In this document: positions 8,082 through 13,113 of the stretch, piece by piece | Layout of the letters: every line of letters begins with the position of its first letter | Numbering within the stretch: position 1 is the stretch's first letter | Assembly (NCBI GenBank): GCA_041492755.1 | Contig: JBGPXN010000125.1 | Span: 1 to 13,113, forward strand | DNA length: 13,113 nucleotides | From: Candidatus Methylomirabilia bacterium | Lineage (GTDB): Bacteria; Methylomirabilota; Methylomirabilia; Rokubacteriales; CSP1-6 | Reading direction: 5' to 3' | Notes under the pieces: generated by a model | Databases searched by the model: none | Seen by the model: only the letters and a program-made list of their open reading frames with translations | What the model was told of the DNA's origin: nothing | Position numbers and translations under genes: made by a program

Positions 8082-9175
8082 TCAGCGTCCGCCGCGCGGC
8101 CGGACGGCGCGATACACCCGCCAGGTCAGGGTGCTCTCGATCTCGGCCAGCCGGCGCTCGAGGGCGTGGATGACCTCGAGCCGCGCGGCCCGGTCGGCCT
8201 CCGACTCCTTCAGCAGCGCGGTCAGCTCCTCGACCTGGCGCAGGCGCGCGGCGCGATCCGCGTCCGCCTCGGCGAGCGACCGGCGGGTGTCGTCGAGCGA
8301 CCGGCAGGTGTCGTCGAGCGACCGGCGGGTGTCGTCGAGCGACCGGCGGGTGTCGTCCAGGCTGGCCGCGAGACCGAGGACGGCGCGGAAGGCGGTTGGA
8401 ATCCCCTGGCCCAGTTCGCGTGGCCCCAGCCGGGTACGCGAGGCAGTGACCCACATGTCGTACGGAAAGAGGCTGGGGGTGATCGCGACGTCGCGGAAGC
8501 CAGCACTCTCGAGCACTCGGCGCATGGAGGCATCCGTGAACAAGAACACGTGCTCGTTCTCCTGGAACATGCTCCAGTCGGGCCCCTCGCCCCGGTACCA
8601 CGGCGTCTGCAAGAGCAGGACGCCATCGTCCGCGAGCAGCTCGCCGCATCGTCGGCCGAAGCCGGCGGGATCGCGCACGTGCTCGATGACGTCGAAGGCC
8701 GCGATGCACCGGAACCCGGACGCGAGGTCGAGCTCCTCGAGCGCTCCCCGCAGCACCGTGACACCGAACGTCCGCCGAGCGAAGTCGACGACCCACGGGC
8801 TGAGTTCTGTGCCGACCGCGTCGAACCCGAGCTCGGTGAGGAGTCGGACGAATCCACCGTGCCCGCAGCCAATCTCCAGCGCGCGCCCCGGCGGACCGAC
8901 CACCTCAAGCAACCGCCTGAGCCAGTAGACGCACCGTTCGGAGAGATCGGCTCGCGCCCGCTCGCGGATGTCGGGGAAGTCGCGCGCCTTCTGGTAGTCG
9001 AGCCAGTACGACTGGCCGTAGAAGTCCTCGGTGTCGCGCCGCACCTCGAAGTGCTCGGCCGCCGGCATCCGCGCGACGACCGCGCCGCCGCAGCCCCGGC
9101 ATCGCCGGTAGAAGGACCCGATCGGATCCCCGTCGACGCTGCCGCACCAGCAGGGTGGAACCGTCCCGGACGTTG

Positions 9176-9194
<19 letters not shown>
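8082..9194 (-). CDS. Class I SAM-dependent methyltransferase with N-terminal Cys motif and C-terminal coiled coil; putative WbdD-like glycan chain terminator
   Basis: CWC...CRGC, SAM motif ALEIGCGHG, FDVIEHV. Heptad tail (SLDDTRR)x4-AEADADRAARL...ESEADRAARL...ESTLTWRVYR. Lies directly after wzt. The exact GTG start is uncertain. Confidence 0.85.
8273..8356. repeat. Tandem repeat, 4 x 21 bp (cgagcgaccggcgggtgtcgt), one mismatch in the second unit
   Basis: Units at 8273-8293, 8294-8314 (g>a at 8306), 8315-8335 and 8336-8356. They encode SLDDTRR/SLDDTCR heptads on the - strand. Confidence 0.95.
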
Positions 9195-10500
<1,306 letters not shown>

Positions 10501-10504
<4 letters not shown>

Positions 10505-11286
10505 AGGACGTCGCGGATCTCCGGGCGGAGGCGGAGGAGAACCCAATAGCTGGCGGCGGTGGCGGCGAGCGTCCACGCGATCATGGTGAGCCAGTGTGCC
10601 GGGTCCGGCCACTGGCCGTCGAGCACCGCGCGGTGCAGGGCGTCGATGAACGGATAGGCCGGATTGAAGCGCACGAGGTGGCGTAACGGCGCGGGAAGGA
10701 TGTCGACGACGTAGACGATCGGCGTCGCCCACATCCAGAACTGCAGGCCGATCACGAGCATCTGGCCGACGTCGCGAATGAACGCGTTGAGCGTGCCAAA
10801 GAACAGACCGAGGCCGAAGCCGAACCCCTGCAAGAGGATCAAAACCAGCGGAACGACGACCCACGCCGGCCACACCGGCGCGCCCGTGAACAGCGCGACC
10901 AGCAGCAGCAGCGTCATCGAGATCGCCAGCGACAGCGTCGCGCTCACCGCGGTCTGCGCCACGAACACCTGCTCCGGAATCGGCAGCTTCTTGAGGTAGG
11001 TCGCGTTCTCGACGAACGCGCCGGCGCCCCGGAGCACGCACTCCGAGAAGCCGACCCAGGGCAGCAGCCCGGCGCACACGTACAGCGCGAAACTGGCGGT
11101 GCCGGACAGGCCGGGCACCCGCACCGTCATGAGCTGGGAGAAGACGATGGTGTAGATGAGGATCTGCGCGAGCGGATTCATGACGTGCCAGACGACGCCG
11201 AGGGCCGAGCCGGCGTAGCGGTACCGCAGATCGCTCACGGCGTTCCGGACGATGAACGCGCGGTACCGCCAGATGTTGACGATCAC
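10501..11286 (-). CDS. wzm: Polysaccharide ABC exporter permease (ABC-2 type)
   Basis: DLRYRYAGSALGVVWHVMNPL, GLLPW..FSE, YLKKLPIP, FIRDVGQ, WATPIVY and FNP. About six hydrophobic segments; adjacent to wzt. Confidence 0.93.
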
Positions 11287-11294
11287 AGCCCGTG

Positions 11295-11300
11295 ATTATA
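11295..11300 (-). promoter_or_regulatory. Consensus -10 element TATAAT 8 nt upstream of the wzm GTG (probable leaderless promoter)
   Basis: The minus strand reads ccccaggcgc-TATAAT-cacgggct-GTG. No SD before the GTG and no canonical -35. Confidence 0.6.
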
Positions 11301-11382
11301 GCGCCTGGGGGGCGCGGGGCCGGCCGCGCGCCGGGGACTCCCGGGGGCCCTTGGTGACCGCGGCCGTTCCACAGGGCGCGCT

Positions 11383-13113
11383 TCAGCCACGCTCGCAGGA
11401 CGCGCCGGCATGGACCTCGTCCGCCCGCGGCCGCCGGGCCGGATCGGAAGCGTTCGACGGCGTGAGGCCCACGTTGATCCAGTACACGCGGACGTTCAAC
11501 CGGCGGGGGTCTCCACTGACATGGGGTGGAGGCTCGCGATCGCTGCTCAGGGCCACCCGGTTGGGCCCGGCCTTCAGGACGAGCGGAATCGTGTACCGAC
11601 GCGATGGCCCCTGGGCCACGGGCAGGGTACACACGGGGTGGTCGTTCAGGCTGACGGTCATGCGTTGATCGTGCCCGGACCCGAAGCGGAGATTGAGATA
11701 CGCCGCCCGGGAATCCCCGGGCCAGTCGATCTCCAGTTCGGCGGTCCGGCCGACGACCCATGCCCACTCCTCGTGCGCGTTGTGTTCCACGTCCGGGAAT
11801 CCCGCGACGAGCCTGATGCTGCCGGTCTCGCGGACGGGACGCGGCTCGAGTTCGCCGAACGTGAACGGCCCCATCCGGGCCCCCGGGCCCGTGATCCGAC
11901 GTTCACCGGAGTCGAAGAGCGACCTGCGGCCTTCGCGGGTCACGACGAAGCGCCATCGGCCGTCCTCGATGAAGCCGGCCCGGTTGTACACGTAGCCGTT
12001 CCGGGCCGGCATCCCGACGCGCTTGTCGCGAAGATAGTAGACAGCCCACAGGCTCTCCCAGAAATCCAGACCACTGAGGAACACGTCGTTCACGCGCGCC
12101 TCGCGGTTGACCGCTTCGAGGGGCGCCAGCGCGACCGTCGCTCCCCTGGGATGACGCCAGTACTTCCGCCAGAGCCACCGGGTCTCCCGGGCCTCGCCGA
12201 TCAGGACCAGGGCCACCACGACGAGCAGGACGGCGCGGAACGCGTAGACGGACGGGCGCGGCGCCCGGAGGCGTCGTAGCCACCGCGCGCACGCTGCCAG
12301 GCCGGTGCCGACGACCAGAGGAAGCAAGTAATAGACGTAAGTCTGGCTCTTGAAGAACGCGTAGCTGTAGTCCGCGCGGTACGCGATCACCGCCGACGCG
12401 ACCAGGGGCCAGGCCACGAAGAGCACATAGGCCCGGCGGCGCTGGCGGACCGCGATACCGGCGACGGCCAGCGTCAGGACGGCGCCGAACAGCAGGCCCC
12501 AGAGGAGGCCCTTCTGCTCGGTGAGCAGACCGCCGACGGCCGTGTAGCTGCCGGGCATGGGCCAGCCCGACCGCATGTCGGTGGCCGAGACCGCCACCAC
12601 GTGCGACCAGAGAAAGCCAGCCACCCTGGTAAGGTGGAACGGATTGGCGCCGGCCACCGCCACCAGGACGAGCGCGGCGCGGCCGGCTCGCGATCCCCAG
12701 CCCCCTCGCCGCCAAGCCGTCCACAGGGCGTACCCGGCGAAGGTGAGCAGCGCGAACGGAACGAGCTCGAGGTAGCTGGTCAGCACTCCTGTTCCGAAGA
12801 TCGCCAGCAGCGCCCACTCGCGCCAGCGTACGGGTCCGACCTCGAGATAGGGGGCGGCGAGGACCAGGAATCCGAGAAAGTATCCGGTCCCCATGACCTG
12901 CGGCAGGAAGCCGTGCAGGGTGACGTACGTGGCATAGGGGTTCAGCGCCGCCAGCAGGAACGCGACACGAGCACTCACGCCACCGAGGCCGACAACCTGG
13001 CGCCCGAGCAGCCAGACGAGCGGGAACTGCAGCGCGAAGACCATGCTCTGGACGATCGAGAAGAGCGCGACCGGATCCACGCGGAGGAGCGAGCTGAGGA
13101 ACGCCAGGTACAA
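11383..13113 (-). CDS. Multi-pass membrane protein, probable GT-C-fold glycosyltransferase, with an extracytoplasmic C-terminal beta domain; 5' end lies outside the window
   Basis: The frame is open at the window edge. About ten hydrophobic helices (ALNP..., GFLPQVMG, YLELVP, YAFFKSQTY) precede a soluble region with W..YYL and a terminal domain GFPDVE...WAW...LKAGPNRV...DPRRLNVRV. Family assignment rests on architecture and context only. Confidence 0.65.
   Translation of the reverse strand: MYLAFLSSLLRVDPVALFSIVQSMVFALQFPLVWLLGRQVVGLGGVSARVAFLLAALNPYATYVTLHGFLPQVMGTGYFLGFLVLAAPYLEVGPVRWREWALLAIFGTGVLTSYLELVPFALLTFAGYALWTAWRRGGWGSRAGRAALVLVAVAGANPFHLTRVAGFLWSHVVAVSATDMRSGWPMPGSYTAVGGLLTEQKGLLWGLLFGAVLTLAVAGIAVRQRRRAYVLFVAWPLVASAVIAYRADYSYAFFKSQTYVYYLLPLVVGTGLAACARWLRRLRAPRPSVYAFRAVLLVVVALVLIGEARETRWLWRKYWRHPRGATVALAPLEAVNREARVNDVFLSGLDFWESLWAVYYLRDKRVGMPARNGYVYNRAGFIEDGRWRFVVTREGRRSLFDSGERRITGPGARMGPFTFGELEPRPVRETGSIRLVAGFPDVEHNAHEEWAWVVGRTAELEIDWPGDSRAAYLNLRFGSGHDQRMTVSLNDHPVCTLPVAQGPSRRYTIPLVLKAGPNRVALSSDREPPPHVSGDPRRLNVRVYWINVGLTPSNASDPARRPRADEVHAGASCERG

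Noticed and set aside
8273..8356. 21-bp repeats or the 156-bp-period repeats as a CRISPR array
   Set aside because: The 21-bp units have no spacers, all repeats are in-frame coding repeats, and no cas genes are present.
8080..8796. N-terminal extension of the 771-aa GT4 ORF, including (RHPPVAR)n repeats
   Set aside because: Off-frame reading of the methyltransferase gene and its 21-bp repeat. GT4 similarity begins at MRIGMN (8079).
6508..8928. Long alternative-frame and antisense ORFs (e.g. 900..2441, 2065..3690, 3215..4591, 4173..5681, 5660..6847, 6508..8928, 8166..9227)
   Set aside because: Arg/Pro/Gly/Ala-rich, motif-free shadows of well-supported genes, expected in high-GC DNA with few stop codons.
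10505..11767. N-terminal extension of the 863-aa ORF (apparent giant Wzt)
   Set aside because: It overlaps wzm in another frame and is low complexity. The real start is ATG 10504 with ATGA coupling.

Overview
High-GC bacterial cell-surface glycan locus with two convergent blocks. On the + strand are two tandem proteins ending in ~52-aa FG-GAP/VCBS-type (DFTGDGxxD) beta-propeller repeats. The first is 5'-truncated (<2..787). The second (1039..4467, 1142 aa) is a secreted modular protein: signal peptide, CBM4/9-like domain, putative glycoside-hydrolase-like TIM barrel, divergent InlB-B-repeat-like domain and a 7-repeat propeller. On the - strand, a partial GT-C-like membrane protein (>13113..11383) precedes a tightly coupled six-gene operon for ABC-dependent polysaccharide synthesis and export: wzm, wzt with a C-terminal carbohydrate-binding domain, a SAM methyltransferase with a coiled-coil tail, GT4 with an extra beta domain, GT2 and GT4. 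The most notable signal is a near-perfect 4 x 21-bp tandem repeat encoding exactly one heptad per unit inside the WbdD-like coiled coil, a candidate copy-number-tunable ruler for glycan chain length. No rRNA, tRNA, CRISPR or mobile element is evident. All calls come from motif reading; no database searches were run.
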